A stretch of DNA of 64,000 nt, from positions 319,176,001 to 319,240,000 of the forward strand of contig OZ024743.1 of the NCBI GenBank assembly GCA_964016885.1, written 5' to 3'. Shown in pieces: positions 1 through 11,148 of the stretch. Source of the stretch: Eledone cirrhosa (taxonomy: Eukaryota). Below the pieces are notes generated by a model. The model was given only the letters and a program-made list of their open reading frames with translations, had not been told where the DNA came from and ran no database searches. A program made the position numbers and the translations under genes. The stretch's first letter is position 1; the number at the start of each line of letters is the position of its first letter.

Positions 1-360
1 AATAAATAAATAAATATATAGACAGACTGAATAAAAATGGCGTAGACATATAATACAACAGGAGGAAACGATAACACCACTGACGATGTTGCAGATGTGC
101 AACGAAAGATTTATGATAAACTATATATATGTGTTTGTGTCTATATTGTATTTGTATTATTTTTGACCGTCGGTCAGTCAATGGCAACATTGAGGACCGA
201 ATAAATTAGATTACCGATATAACAGACACAGAAGCGAGAAGCGAAAACCAACCAAACAGTGAGTGTGTTCTGTTATTAATTCTGGGAATATTACACAAAT
301 ATGACCCTCCCCAAGTATAACAATATTTGTTTCGACACACGATTTCATATAAAAAACCTC
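1..360 (+). mobile_element. Diverged 3' non-coding (pseudo-LTR) remnant related to PLE family 1
   Basis: Shares ordered blocks with 9870-10135 and its mirror 5661-5990: AAAATGGCGTAG, a hammerhead motif, AACCAACCA, and ATGACCCTCCC.AAGTATAACAATAT...TTTC.ACACACGATTTCA.ATAAA; a (TA)n run follows shortly after. Runs off the window start. Confidence 0.75.
76..117 (+). ncRNA. Type I hammerhead ribozyme, minimal stem III, partly degenerate stem I
   Basis: acca-CTGACGA-t-GTTGCA(gatg)TGCAAC-GAAA-g(at)t-TA-tgat; core intact, one mismatch in stem I. Confidence 0.7.
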
Positions 361-440
361 GCAAAACTAATTCATCGCCGTTATATATATATATATTCAA
401 TATGTACATATATATATTAAAATATACATATGCGTGTGTC

Positions 441-471
<31 letters not shown>

Positions 472-476
472 ACACG

Positions 477-508
<32 letters not shown>

Positions 509-744
509 ATGAGAGAGTGAAAGAGAGGGGTAAAGAGAAGCAGTGTGAAATACATATATGTATATACATGAAAGCACACATAAACACACACAACTAAGCA
601 TAGAAATATAACTATTCCTGAAGCCATTTGCTATTTACTCTTTTGCCTTATAATCTTATACACTTTTATATTAGTCCCTTTGGGTTTTTTGTTTCAAAAG
701 ATTCCCCAAAGGCAGAGTCAATCGCTTGTCTATGTTATATATAT

Positions 745-1015
<271 letters not shown>

Positions 1016-1119
1016 GTTCTCTGATGTCACTGTGATAAACAGGCGAAACTCCAGAGTAACGAGACTCACTATTTAGCTTTAATAAAATGTATATATATAT
1101 ATTTTATATATATAAAATG

Positions 1120-1160
<41 letters not shown>

Positions 1161-1741
1161 AAGACTACCACACTTCTTTCTACTTTCTACCATTCCGCTC
1201 AAGTAAGTGGGCAATCTATGTACGAGTATGTGTGTCGCAGTTCTCTTTTTCTTCTTATGTCCTATGCAAGTTAGTTCAGCCTGGAGTCTCAAAAAGCACC
1301 AGTTGACATGTGTCACGATGTGTAAGTAATACAACGTAGTTTGCTGATACACAGAAGCTGTGTACTGGCAAAAAAGAGTAAGAGAAGCCTATATAACATT
1401 ACTGCTCTCGCTTTGCTTTAACATTCTACTTGTAGAAGCTTGTGGTGTGGGCCAAATAGAGAGAATAGATGGCTACTAAAGCAGACGACACTTAGTGAAG
1501 GCATTATTACATTAATCAGTTAGATACAGCGTATGTAAGTAAGTACGTACACACAAAACGTACGCTTGATCACATGCTCAAACTTATGCAGCCATGCATA
1601 CATATATATATATACCACACGCATCTACACACATGCGCCCACACACGAATATACACATATATACACCCATATGTTGTTTACATATACATATATATATATA
1701 TATATACACGCACATACACGCATACATATAAATATACACTT

Positions 1742-1837
<96 letters not shown>

Positions 1838-1963
1838 CTCTGATGAGCGAAATTTATTTATTTCTCGCAACATCGAGGGCTTAGGGGCTGCCTCAAATAA
1901 TTCGACTGGTATCTTACCTATGGCAGCTTCAACTCCAGTGTGATACTTAATATAATATAACAT

Positions 1964-2437
1964 AATTGTTTCTACTTTTGGCACAAGACCAGCAATTACC
2001 CAGTGTATTACTGGTACTTTATTTTATCGACCCCGTGAGGATGAAAGGCAAACTCTCTACCTATACTGCCGATTCGCCGCCCTTATAACATAATAATATA
2101 ACATAATAATAATGATTTCTAGTATAGGCACGCGGCCAGTAATTTGGGGGAGGGGAAAGTCGATTAAATCGATCCCAGTACGTTACTGGTGCTTTATTTT
2201 ATCGACCCCCGTAAGGATGAAAATAATAATAATAAAAATAATAATAATTGTTTCTACTTTTAGCACAAGGCCAGCAATTATCCCAGTGTATTACTGGTAC
2301 TTTATTTTATCGACCCGTAAGGATGAAAGGCAAAGTTAACCTCGACGGAATTTGAACTCAGACCATAAAGGATCGTAACTCTTTGTTGCAAACCATGGCG
2401 TCCGACCTTCTACCGATACTGCCTATCCACCGCCCTT
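1964..2437 (-). mobile_element. Cluster of three tRNA-derived SINE copies (two partial; one full-length at 2245-2437)
   Basis: Reverse complement of the recurrent ~190-bp unit: A-box-like TGGCAGTATCGG, B-box-like GAGTTCAAAT, central GCCTTTCATCCTTACGGGGTCGATAAAATAAAGTACCAG, tail GGCCTTGTGCC/TAAAGTAGAAACAATT(ATT)n. Confidence 0.9.
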
Positions 2438-2647
2438 ATATAATAAAAATAATAAAAATAATAATAATAATAATAATATATGTATATATTATTTCTTTCC
2501 TTTACCTTTTCATATATATATAGTAGTTAAAAACAAAAACAAAAACAAAAACAAAACGAAGAGTGCAGTACAGTGTTAGTATTAGGTTGGGAGTGGGGGG
2601 GGGGGCATATATATATATATATATTGATATATTGGTTACCATGTTGA

Positions 2648-2729
2648 GCTCTGCTGATGAACGAAATCCAACCTTGACCATCCCCACTGAATGTTTTCGT
2701 GAAATAGTCTTTTCAAGACTATACAGAGC
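2648..2729 (+). ncRNA. Type I hammerhead ribozyme with full stem III
   Basis: GCTCTG-CTGATGA-ACGAAA(28 nt)TTTCGT-GAAA-TAGTCTT(ttc)AAGACTA-TA-CAGAGC: stem I 6 bp, stem II 6 bp, stem III 7 bp plus the core A-U pair, all Watson-Crick; predicted cleavage after AUA at 2723. Confidence 0.92.
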
Positions 2730-3276
2730 ATTTGAAGTTGTCCCAAATTGAAGGTTGAGTACTTTAGACTTTGTTTTATCATGAGTTAAGGCTCCATTGA
2801 TTTTTCCCTGGATTTGTCTAAATTCTGTTGGATAAATCTATATCCTGATTCCTTTTGAATTGAGTCTGAATTATTTTTCCCATATCTTATGTTAACTATT
2901 TTCCCATTTTGACGCTATAGTCACATATATGTTATGGAATACTGTTAGCTTCTCGCTACAACAATTTCTATACTTTTCATTTATATATACTCGGATTTAT
3001 TTCCTAGAGTGCTTAAATTATTTGTGACTAATCCCGGTATTTAAAAAAAAAAAGACCGCGATGATATTGCTTTTTGTTGAACTCCTTTTGTAGAGTTTTC
3101 TTTCGGAATGTTTTTGACTGTTGTTTCATGTAAAGAAACATTTGTCTCATTTGACGTCACCAGCCCTGTTTTTCCACATGTGCGTTTATTTTAATAACCA
3201 CGCATGATGTTAAACTAGCCTGCTTCTAAATTCCCTTTTTGGCATATTACCAGTGAGACCTTGGTTACCATGTTGA

Positions 3277-3358
3277 GCTCTGCTGATGAACGAAATCCAA
3301 CCGTGACCACCCCCACTGAAAGTTTTCCTGAAATAGTCTTTTCAAGACTATACAGAGC
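3277..3358 (+). ncRNA. Type I hammerhead ribozyme, second copy
   Basis: Same as 2648-2729 except one stem II mismatch (TTTCCT) and loop II substitutions; predicted cleavage after 3352. Confidence 0.88.
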
Positions 3359-3592
3359 ATTTGAAGTTGTCCCAAATTGAAGGTTGAGTACTTTAGACTT
3401 TGTTTTATCATGAGTTAAGGCTGTATTGATTTTTCCCTGGATTTCTCTAAATTCTGTTGGATAAATCTATATCCTGATTCCTTTTGAATTGAGTCTGAAT
3501 TATTTTTTCCATATCTTATTTCCCATTTTGACGCTATAGTCACATATATGTTATGGAATACTGTTAGCTTCTCGCTACAACAATTTCTTTTC

Positions 3593-3641
<49 letters not shown>

Positions 3642-3699
3642 TAAAAGGAATTCCAACATTGTCTGATTTACTAGTTTTATTTAGAATCCTTTAAAATTA

Positions 3700-3885
3700 T
3701 AATTGTTTCTACTTTTGGCACAAGGCCAGCAATTATCCAGTGTATTACTGGTACTTTATTTTATCGACCTTGCAAGGATTAAAGGCAAAGTTAACCTCAG
3801 CGGGATTTGAACTCAGACCTTAAAGGGCCGTAACTCTTTTCTGAAAAGCTTGGCGTCCGACCCTCTACCGATACTGCCAATCCAT
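3700..3885 (-). mobile_element. tRNA-derived SINE
   Basis: Near full-length copy of the recurrent ~190-bp SINE. Confidence 0.9.
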
Positions 3886-4021
3886 CATATTATAATGAAA
3901 TAGTATGGTAGAATATTAAATGTTAAGTGTTAATTGAACAAGTACTTTCATGCTTACGCAATCTTCAGGTTCACATTCAGTGGTGACAGTCAAGTTTGCA
4001 ATTTTCAACTGTGTGTGTATG

Positions 4022-4347
<326 letters not shown>

Positions 4348-4377
4348 AAAGAATAGAGGTGTAACACACGAGTTATG

Positions 4378-5208
4378 ATATATTGGTAAAAGGAAAAGAA
4401 AATGTTGACAAATTGTTTCCAGTGAAAAATAGTTTATTAGGAATAAGTAAAGATTAGTAATAAGTATTGGTTATTATTCAGTTTTAGTTTCAAGTTTTTA
4501 CCGGTTGCGCATTTCTAATGCTTTTCAAAAATAATTTTGAGATAGAGCGCCCGTGATGTTTGCTCTAATCTGATCAGTTTTGGAAATTCTACCTGTTTTA
4601 TGTGAAAAAAGTGGCTCCAGAGGTATTAAAATAAGTTTCACACACACACACATATTTGTCTTAATAGGCACCTGAACTGTTGACCTGTCAACATGACTGC
4701 AATTCACACACACATCCCTACTGACCATTATCACAACAATGAACCTCTTTACTACACACACACACACACACACACACATATTTGTCTTAAAAGACTTATT
4801 TTTCAGTGACTTCTCAATCAGGCGAAAAAAGACACTCTTCGACAAGCCTACATTTGGCGCAAAATCAATTTTTAACATTCACGTGACCTCTACCGACCAA
4901 TCAAAATTGTTTTGACCACAAGAATTTTTGCAACACGAATTGGCGCGAAACTTATTTTAATACCTCTGGAGCCACTTTTTCACATAAAACAGGTAGAATT
5001 TCCAAAACTGATCAGATTAGAGCAAACATCACGGCCGCTCTATCTCAAAATTATTTTTGAAAAGCATTAGAAATGCGCAACCGGTAAAATCTTGAAACTA
5101 AAACTGAATACTAACCAATACTTATTACTAATATTTACTTATTCCTAATTAAACTATTTTTCACTGGGAACAATTTGTCAGCATTTTCTTTTCCTTTTAC
5201 CAATATAT
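4378..5208. mobile_element. MITE/foldback element with ~260-bp terminal inverted repeats
   Basis: 4378-4639 is the reverse complement of ~4947-5208 with few mismatches; non-coding interior; TA at both ends. Confidence 0.85.
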
Positions 5209-5221
5209 ATATATATATATA

Positions 5222-5392
5222 GAGCGGGATGATGAAAAGTTCCTGGCTAAAGGGTATCGCGAAAGGGTAGGACTGTTACCTTTAGAGGGAGGTAGGACCG
5301 TTGCAATAAGTGTGTGAATCTGAGAGGGGAATATGTTAAATAAAGTCATAATTGATTCTGATTCTCCTGTATTTCTTTTTAACTGATCCTCT
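5222..5392 (+). mobile_element. Mariner-derived non-autonomous remnant
   Basis: Encodes RCNKCVNLRGEYVK*, resembling the mariner transposase C-terminal tail; begins with TIR-like GATGAAAAGTTCCTGGCT after TA. Confidence 0.6.
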
Positions 5393-5621
5393 TGTTAAAT
5401 ATATGTGTGCGATAGTTAGATGTGTAACTACAGTTACAGGTGGCGCGCCGTTCGAAGTACTCAATGCTGTTACGACGTCTGTCTCGTGTTGACTTTTTTG
5501 TTGACGTTTTTACTTACTCCCTCTTTCTCTCCCCTCTCTCTCTTATATATTTATATAATATATATATATAATATATATATATGATATATATATATAATAT
5601 TATATATAATATATATATATA

Positions 5622-5663
<42 letters not shown>

Positions 5664-5889
5664 CGTTTCTGAATTTGTTTATTCTTTATCTGAAATCGTG
5701 TGTTGAAACCGATATTGTTATACTTTGGGAGGGTCATGTTGCCAATAAGAAACCAATAAGAAACACACGCACCAGTTGCTTTCACTTCAATTTAATTTAT
5801 TATATATTTATAAATTTACAAATTTATAAATTTATAAATTTCTGGTTGGTTGGTTGGTTCCACAACCAGATAGTTGTTTATATATATAT

Positions 5890-5934
5890 AGTCATAGTTC
5901 TTTCGTCACACACTCTGTGACCTCTTCAGTGACT
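5890..5934 (-). ncRNA. Type I hammerhead ribozyme (PLE family 1, minus arm)
   Basis: Reverse complement of 9924-9968. Confidence 0.82.
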
Positions 5935-6154
5935 GGGGATTTCTTTCTTCGTTTCTGTGCCTTTCCTTTCTTCTATCCTACGCCATTTTGTTTGTGTGTG
6001 GGTTGCGTGCTCAGTTTGCGCATGCGCCACATCCGGGTGTCTGTGTGTGTTTGTGTTCATTTTTCTATTTTTCTATTTATATTTGTTTGTTTATTTATTT
6101 ATTTATTGTTGGTTGGTTGTTTGTTCTATGTGTGTGTGTGTTTTCATTTTGTCC

Positions 6155-8590
6155 TTAATTGTAAGTTGTGATGTTGCTGTTCCACTCATATTTTCTATTT
6201 AATTTTGGTTTTAATTCTTTTATGCTTACTGCCTCTGTAATTTGCCTAAACATTGCGTCTTTCTTGTGTGTGGATTCTATTTTTATTTCTATGCTCTCTA
6301 ATTTACCCCTGTGTTCTATCTTAGCATGTTGGTAGAGCACAGATGATTCTTTACTATCTTGGAGGTCTCGCCAGTGTTCATTTATTCGTTCCCCTATACT
6401 ACGAGCTGTCTCACCTATGTACACTATATTTTTGTTTCTACATTGTCCTTCAGTACATCTTATGCTATATACTACATTTCTAGTTTTACAGTTAATATGG
6501 GGGCTTATTTTACAGGTTATACATTTCTTATCTATACATGAGGGTCTTTGGAACGGGTATGTCTTGCTAATAAGTGTTTTTACGGAGGTACCAGGTCTTT
6601 CTACTATCTTAATATTGAGATTATGTTTCTTTAGGGCCCTTCTAAATTTGTAGGCTAGTTCGCCTCTAGGGGTTGTATTGATGAACATTACACTCTGGTA
6701 TTTATTGCTATCATACCATGAGTTTATTCTATTGGCCTTGTTCTTAGTTCTTTCTATTCTATTCCAAAATTTGCTCCTATACAAGGGGCAGGTCCCATTT
6801 ATGTCATTATTTACCATTTTTTCCCATTTGGTTCTGGCTCCTTTATACACTCTGATTCTATCTCTCTGATTGTAGCCAGAGAACTGCATACGGTGGATGA
6901 AGTGTTGTATGTGTCTCTCTAGTTCTTCGGGGTTGCACATGCGGGACACATTTCTCATCACCCGTACCAAATCCGCAATCAGTATGTTGATTTTGGTATG
7001 GTCCGAAATGGCCGAGTTTCGGTGGATCAGATGTTTGGAAGTCATGGGTTTGGCATAATGGGAATGGAGGATTTGTTTTTGGTTGTTAATAGTATCTAAC
7101 CAGAGCTCTGTGTCTAGTACAGGTAATCGATGGTTGGGGTGTCTACTTGGGTAGTCTATAGTAACTCTAATGCTCTGGTGGATGGAGTTTGCTATTTGCT
7201 GGATGCTTTCCATTGTGTTTTTCTCTGGTTCCTGACTGTTCTTTAGTGGGGGTGTCTTAACTACGATGTTTATATCATCTACGTAGCGGGAGTACATTAT
7301 CAGGGTTAAGCTGTCTTCTAATTGTTCATTAAGTTTTTGTTTAAGTCTACTGTCCCACCATACCATGAATAAGTTAGCTATGTCGCCTGCAATGCTAACA
7401 CCAATGGCTGCTCCTTCCTCTTGGGCATATGTTTTACCATTAAATTTGAACATATGTTCCTTAAGGGTTAATTTTATGCTGGCCCCTACCGCATGTGCAA
7501 TCATTTTCTTCAGTTCATCGTGGCTTTCGGGTGTCCGTATGGCTCTGGTCCACCCGTTCCATCTATCTGTGTGGGTTTTCTTGGCCATTGAGGTAATGGT
7601 AGGTGGTCTGCCTCTTGCTGGTCTTGTAGGGCACAGGTTGCTAAGGTCGTAAGTGTCTAGGTAACTATTGCTATGGGTAAGCTTAAGTAGAAGTCCCAGC
7701 TCACTGGTATCAATCCCACGGAACTCAACCTTGCTCTCGCTGATCATTTCGACGCATTTCTCCACAGCAAAATCCACGTCAATAGATGGATACAGGGACA
7801 CAACATCCATACTGCCTATTATGCAGTTTGTTAGGTCCCCAGATCGGTTACCCGCGCCGATTCTGCTGAGGAGGTCCTCCGTGCTGTCACACACATCTGG
7901 GGACATCTCAATGATGGGGCGTATGATCAGGGAGAGGAAGTAGGACAGTCTGTAGTTACTAGCAATGTTAGCCCCACAGACTGGCCGTGTTGGTGGTCCC
8001 GCGACAGGGTCCCAGCCCGTTTTATGGTCTTTTCGAAGCCCATACAACGCCGGCACGTCATTGTTCCAGGCATGGAAGTTGTTGGCAGTCCTTTTGTTGG
8101 GCTGCATTATATTTGTCCACATCACCATATGGGCATTGAGGGTTTTTTCTCTATCCTCATGCTCCTGTGGTGTTACCTCTCTTGTGTTAGTGATGTGGGG
8201 TTGCATTGCCTGGATGTAGTTTGGCAGGCTGTCAACCGACATTCTGCCAGACTTGTCTGTTGGAAAGCATGCTATCTCTCCATTACGCGAGCGCTGCATG
8301 AGCTTACGCAAGCCATTTGCAGTATCTTCTCCCAGTTGCTGGGCCTCTATTCTATTATGCTTCTTGCTATACTGTTCTATAATATTTCTAAGTTCGGATT
8401 TAGCTATACTAAATTGTGCTTCTGTTTGTTCATCGACCTGCGACGGCAACTGCGTGCGTTTGTTAAATGGCAAAGTCGTGGCGTGGACTCGTCGTAGGTC
8501 GAATGATTTATCGGAGAGGTTATAAAACGAAGAGTTCCAGGCTGCTGCTTTATGTGTACTAGTGCTATTGTTATTGTTAGTTGTGTTGTT
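6155..8590 (-). CDS. PLE reverse transcriptase plus C-terminal GIY-YIG endonuclease, 5'-truncated
   Basis: 772-aa ORF 6155-8473; the frame stays open upstream (…SDKSFDLRRVHATTLPFNKR) to the inversion junction. Motifs: PTDKSG, LYGLRKDHK, TRPVC, SMDVVSLYPSID, GAAIG, YSRYVDD, LPVLD, Cys-rich linker, NVVYSIRC…YIGETARS…R..EH, EA…LN. Confidence 0.93.
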   Translation of the reverse strand, partial: NNTTNNNNSTSTHKAAAWNSSFYNLSDKSFDLRRVHATTLPFNKRTQLPSQVDEQTEAQFSIAKSELRNIIEQYSKKHNRIEAQQLGEDTANGLRKLMQRSRNGEIACFPTDKSGRMSVDSLPNYIQAMQPHITNTREVTPQEHEDREKTLNAHMVMWTNIMQPNKRTANNFHAWNNDVPALYGLRKDHKTGWDPVAGPPTRPVCGANIASNYRLSYFLSLIIRPIIEMSPDVCDSTEDLLSRIGAGNRSGDLTNCIIGSMDVVSLYPSIDVDFAVEKCVEMISESKVEFRGIDTSELGLLLKLTHSNSYLDTYDLSNLCPTRPARGRPPTITSMAKKTHTDRWNGWTRAIRTPESHDELKKMIAHAVGASIKLTLKEHMFKFNGKTYAQEEGAAIGVSIAGDIANLFMVWWDSRLKQKLNEQLEDSLTLIMYSRYVDDINIVVKTPPLKNSQEPEKNTMESIQQIANSIHQSIRVTIDYPSRHPNHRLPVLDTELWLDTINNQKQILHSHYAKPMTSKHLIHRNSAISDHTKINILIADLVRVMRNVSRMCNPEELERHIQHFIHRMQFSGYNQRDRIRVYKGARTKWEKMVNNDINGTCPLYRSKFWNRIERTKNKANRINSWYDSNKYQSVMFINTTPRGELAYKFRRALKKHNLNIKIVERPGTSVKTLISKTYPFQRPSCIDKKCITCKISPHINCKTRNVVYSIRCTEGQCRNKNIVYIGETARSIGERINEHWRDLQDSKESSVLYQHAKIEHRGKLESIEIKIESTHKKDAMFRQITEAVSIKELKPKLNRKYEWNSNITTYN

Positions 8591-8591
8591 T

Positions 8592-9635
8592 CAAATAGCA
8601 AACTCCATCCACCAGAGCATTAGAGTTACTATAGACTACCCAAGTAGATACCCCAACCATCGATTACCTGTACTAGACACAGAGCTCTGGTTAGATACTA
8701 TTAACAACCAAAAACAAATCCTCCATTCCCATTATGCCAAACCCATGACTTCCAAACATCTGATCCACCGAAACTCGGCCATTTCGGACCATACCAAAAT
8801 CAACATACTGATTGCGGATTTGGTACGGGTGATGAGAAATGTGTCCCGCATGTGCAACCCCGAAGAACTAGAGAGACACATACAACACTTCATCCACCGT
8901 ATGCAGTTCTCTGGCTACAATCAGAGAGATAGAATCAGAGTGTATAAAGGAGCCAGAACCAAATGGGAAAAAATGGTAAATAATGACATAAATGGGACCT
9001 GCCCCTTGTATAGGAGCAAATTTTGGAATAGAATAGAAAGAACTAAGAACAAGGCCAATAGAATAAACTCATGGTATGATAGCAATAAATACCAGAGTGT
9101 AATGTTCATCAATACAACCCCTAGAGGCGAACTAGCCTACAAATTTAGAAGGGCCCTAAAGAAACATAATCTCAATATTAAGATAGTAGAAAGACCTGGT
9201 ACCTCCGTAAAAACACTTATTAGCAAGACATACCCGTTCCAAAGACCCTCATGTATAGATAAGAAATGTATAACCTGTAAAATAAGCCCCCATATTAACT
9301 GTAAAACTAGAAATGTAGTATATAGCATAAGATGTACTGAAGGACAATGTAGAAACAAAAATATAGTGTACATAGGTGAGACAGCTCGTAGTATAGGGGA
9401 ACGAATAAATGAACACTGGCGAGACCTCCAAGATAGTAAAGAATCATCTGTGCTCTACCAACATGCTAAGATAGAACACAGGGGTAAATTAGAGAGCATA
9501 GAAATAAAAATAGAATCCACACACAAGAAAGACGCAATGTTTAGGCAAATTACAGAGGCAGTAAGCATAAAAGAATTAAAACCAAAATTAAATAGAAAAT
9601 ATGAGTGGAACAGCAACATCACAACTTACAATTAA
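8592..9635 (+). pseudogene. Truncated inverted duplicate of the PLE ORF (RT thumb region plus GIY-YIG)
   Basis: Matches the C-terminal ~347 aa of the minus ORF, with one visible difference (SRYPNH vs SRHPNH); lacks YVDD. Confidence 0.9.
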
Positions 9636-9923
9636 GGACAAAATGAAAACACACACACACATAGAACAAACAACTTACAATTGAAAACACACACAAGACA
9701 AAATGAAAAAATGAAAACACACACACACATAGAACAAACAACCAACCAACAATAAATAAATAAATAAACAAACAAATATAAATAGAAAAATAGAAAAATG
9801 AACACAAACACACACAGACACCCGGATGTGGCGCATGCGCAAACTGAGCACGCAACCCACACACAAACAAAATGGCGTAGGATAGAAGAAAGGAAAGGCA
9901 CAGAAACGAAGAAAGAAATCCCC

Positions 9924-9968
9924 AGTCACTGAAGAGGTCACAGAGTGTGTGACGAAAGAACTATGACT
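9924..9968 (+). ncRNA. Type I hammerhead ribozyme (PLE family 1, plus arm), minimal stem III
   Basis: AGTCA-CTGAAGA-g-GTCACA(gagtg)TGTGAC-GAAA-G(aa)C-TA-TGACT; predicted cleavage after CUA at 9963. Confidence 0.85.
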
Positions 9969-10127
9969 ATATATATATAAACAACTATCTGGTTGTGGAA
10001 CCAACCAACCAACCAGAAATTTATAAATTTATAAATTTGTAAATTTATAAATATATAATAAATTAAATTGAAGTGAAAGCAACTGGTGCGTGTGTTTCTT
10101 ATTGGCAACATGACCCTCCCAAAGTAT

Positions 10128-10205
<78 letters not shown>

Positions 10206-10328
10206 TAAATATATATATAATATATATATATATATGTGTGTGTGTGAGAGAGTTTGTGTGCGTGTTTTTGTGTGTGTATGTGATTGTATATTAATATATG
10301 TATATATTTGTGTATGCATATATATGTG

Positions 10329-10390
<62 letters not shown>

Positions 10391-11088
10391 CAATATCGGA
10401 GAAAGCTTTTTAGCGATACTCCGGCCAAATTCCAACTCACTCAACAAACATTAGGAAATAAGTGATTATATTCCCAATTATGTGTTCGGGGTGCTAACTA
10501 AAAGTATTGCGTGGAAAATTGGCTGTATTATTTCAAATGAGACATATCTAATATATCTCTTCCCAGACGGACGTCTCGTTTCATTATAGGACTCCTACAA
10601 TTTGGGTGAAATTATATCAATTTAAGTAGGAGCTTGTATACCATCAATAGATATATATTCAAGTGGGCTCCTAAAATTCATCAGTGGGTGCCCCAATAAT
10701 ACTAATATTGATAATCTAACCAACATCAGCATTTAGCGATAATCACTTTCTGTGCCTGAGGTATCTGTCAGGTAGCCAGTCCAGCAGTTCTGAAAGAAGT
10801 GCTCGAACTGATTCAAAAAATGAGGAAGTGAATTACCGCCAAAAAAAGACAATACATGCGCGTGACAATGAACTCTGAAAGGAATTCAGGCCACGTACTA
10901 AGAACTCAATTGGAAATTGAAAAAATATCTATGTGTGTACAACATTTGATGACACACAGATATTTTCTCGGGCAAAATAACAGAATGAGATATAAGGAAC
11001 AATCAATATTCATATATAAAAAATAAACAAAGAAATGCTAACCTTATACCGGGAATTTTTTTCAAATCTGCTATATTAATATATACAT

Positions 11089-11143
<55 letters not shown>

Positions 11144-11148
<5 letters not shown>

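Larger units (their letters stand above)
2632..3598 (+). mobile_element. Non-coding retrozyme-like element: ~1.5 tandem units of a 629-nt monomer, one hammerhead ribozyme per unit, inserted in (TA)n
   Basis: Direct repeats ~2632-2985 and ~3261-3598 with few substitutions and small indels; each carries a complete HHR; no meaningful ORF; TA runs on both flanks. Confidence 0.8.
5661..10135. mobile_element. Penelope-like element family 1: two 5'-truncated copies joined head-to-head (minus arm 5661-8591, plus arm 8592-10135), both 3' ends in (TA)n
   Basis: 8592-10135 is the near-identical reverse complement of ~5712-7198; RT plus GIY-YIG ORF; 3' non-coding region with an HHR on each arm. Confidence 0.93.

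Noticed and set aside
1964-2437. Clustered repeats as a CRISPR-like array or tRNA genes
   Set aside because: They are dispersed SINE copies; the heads have Pol III-like boxes but no full cloverleaf, and there is no repeat-spacer periodicity.
8562-9635. 357-aa ORF with a signal-peptide-like start (MLLLLLVVLFQ) fused to GIY-YIG
   Set aside because: The leader is the antisense of the neighbouring arm read across the inversion junction from a GTG; an accidental chimera.
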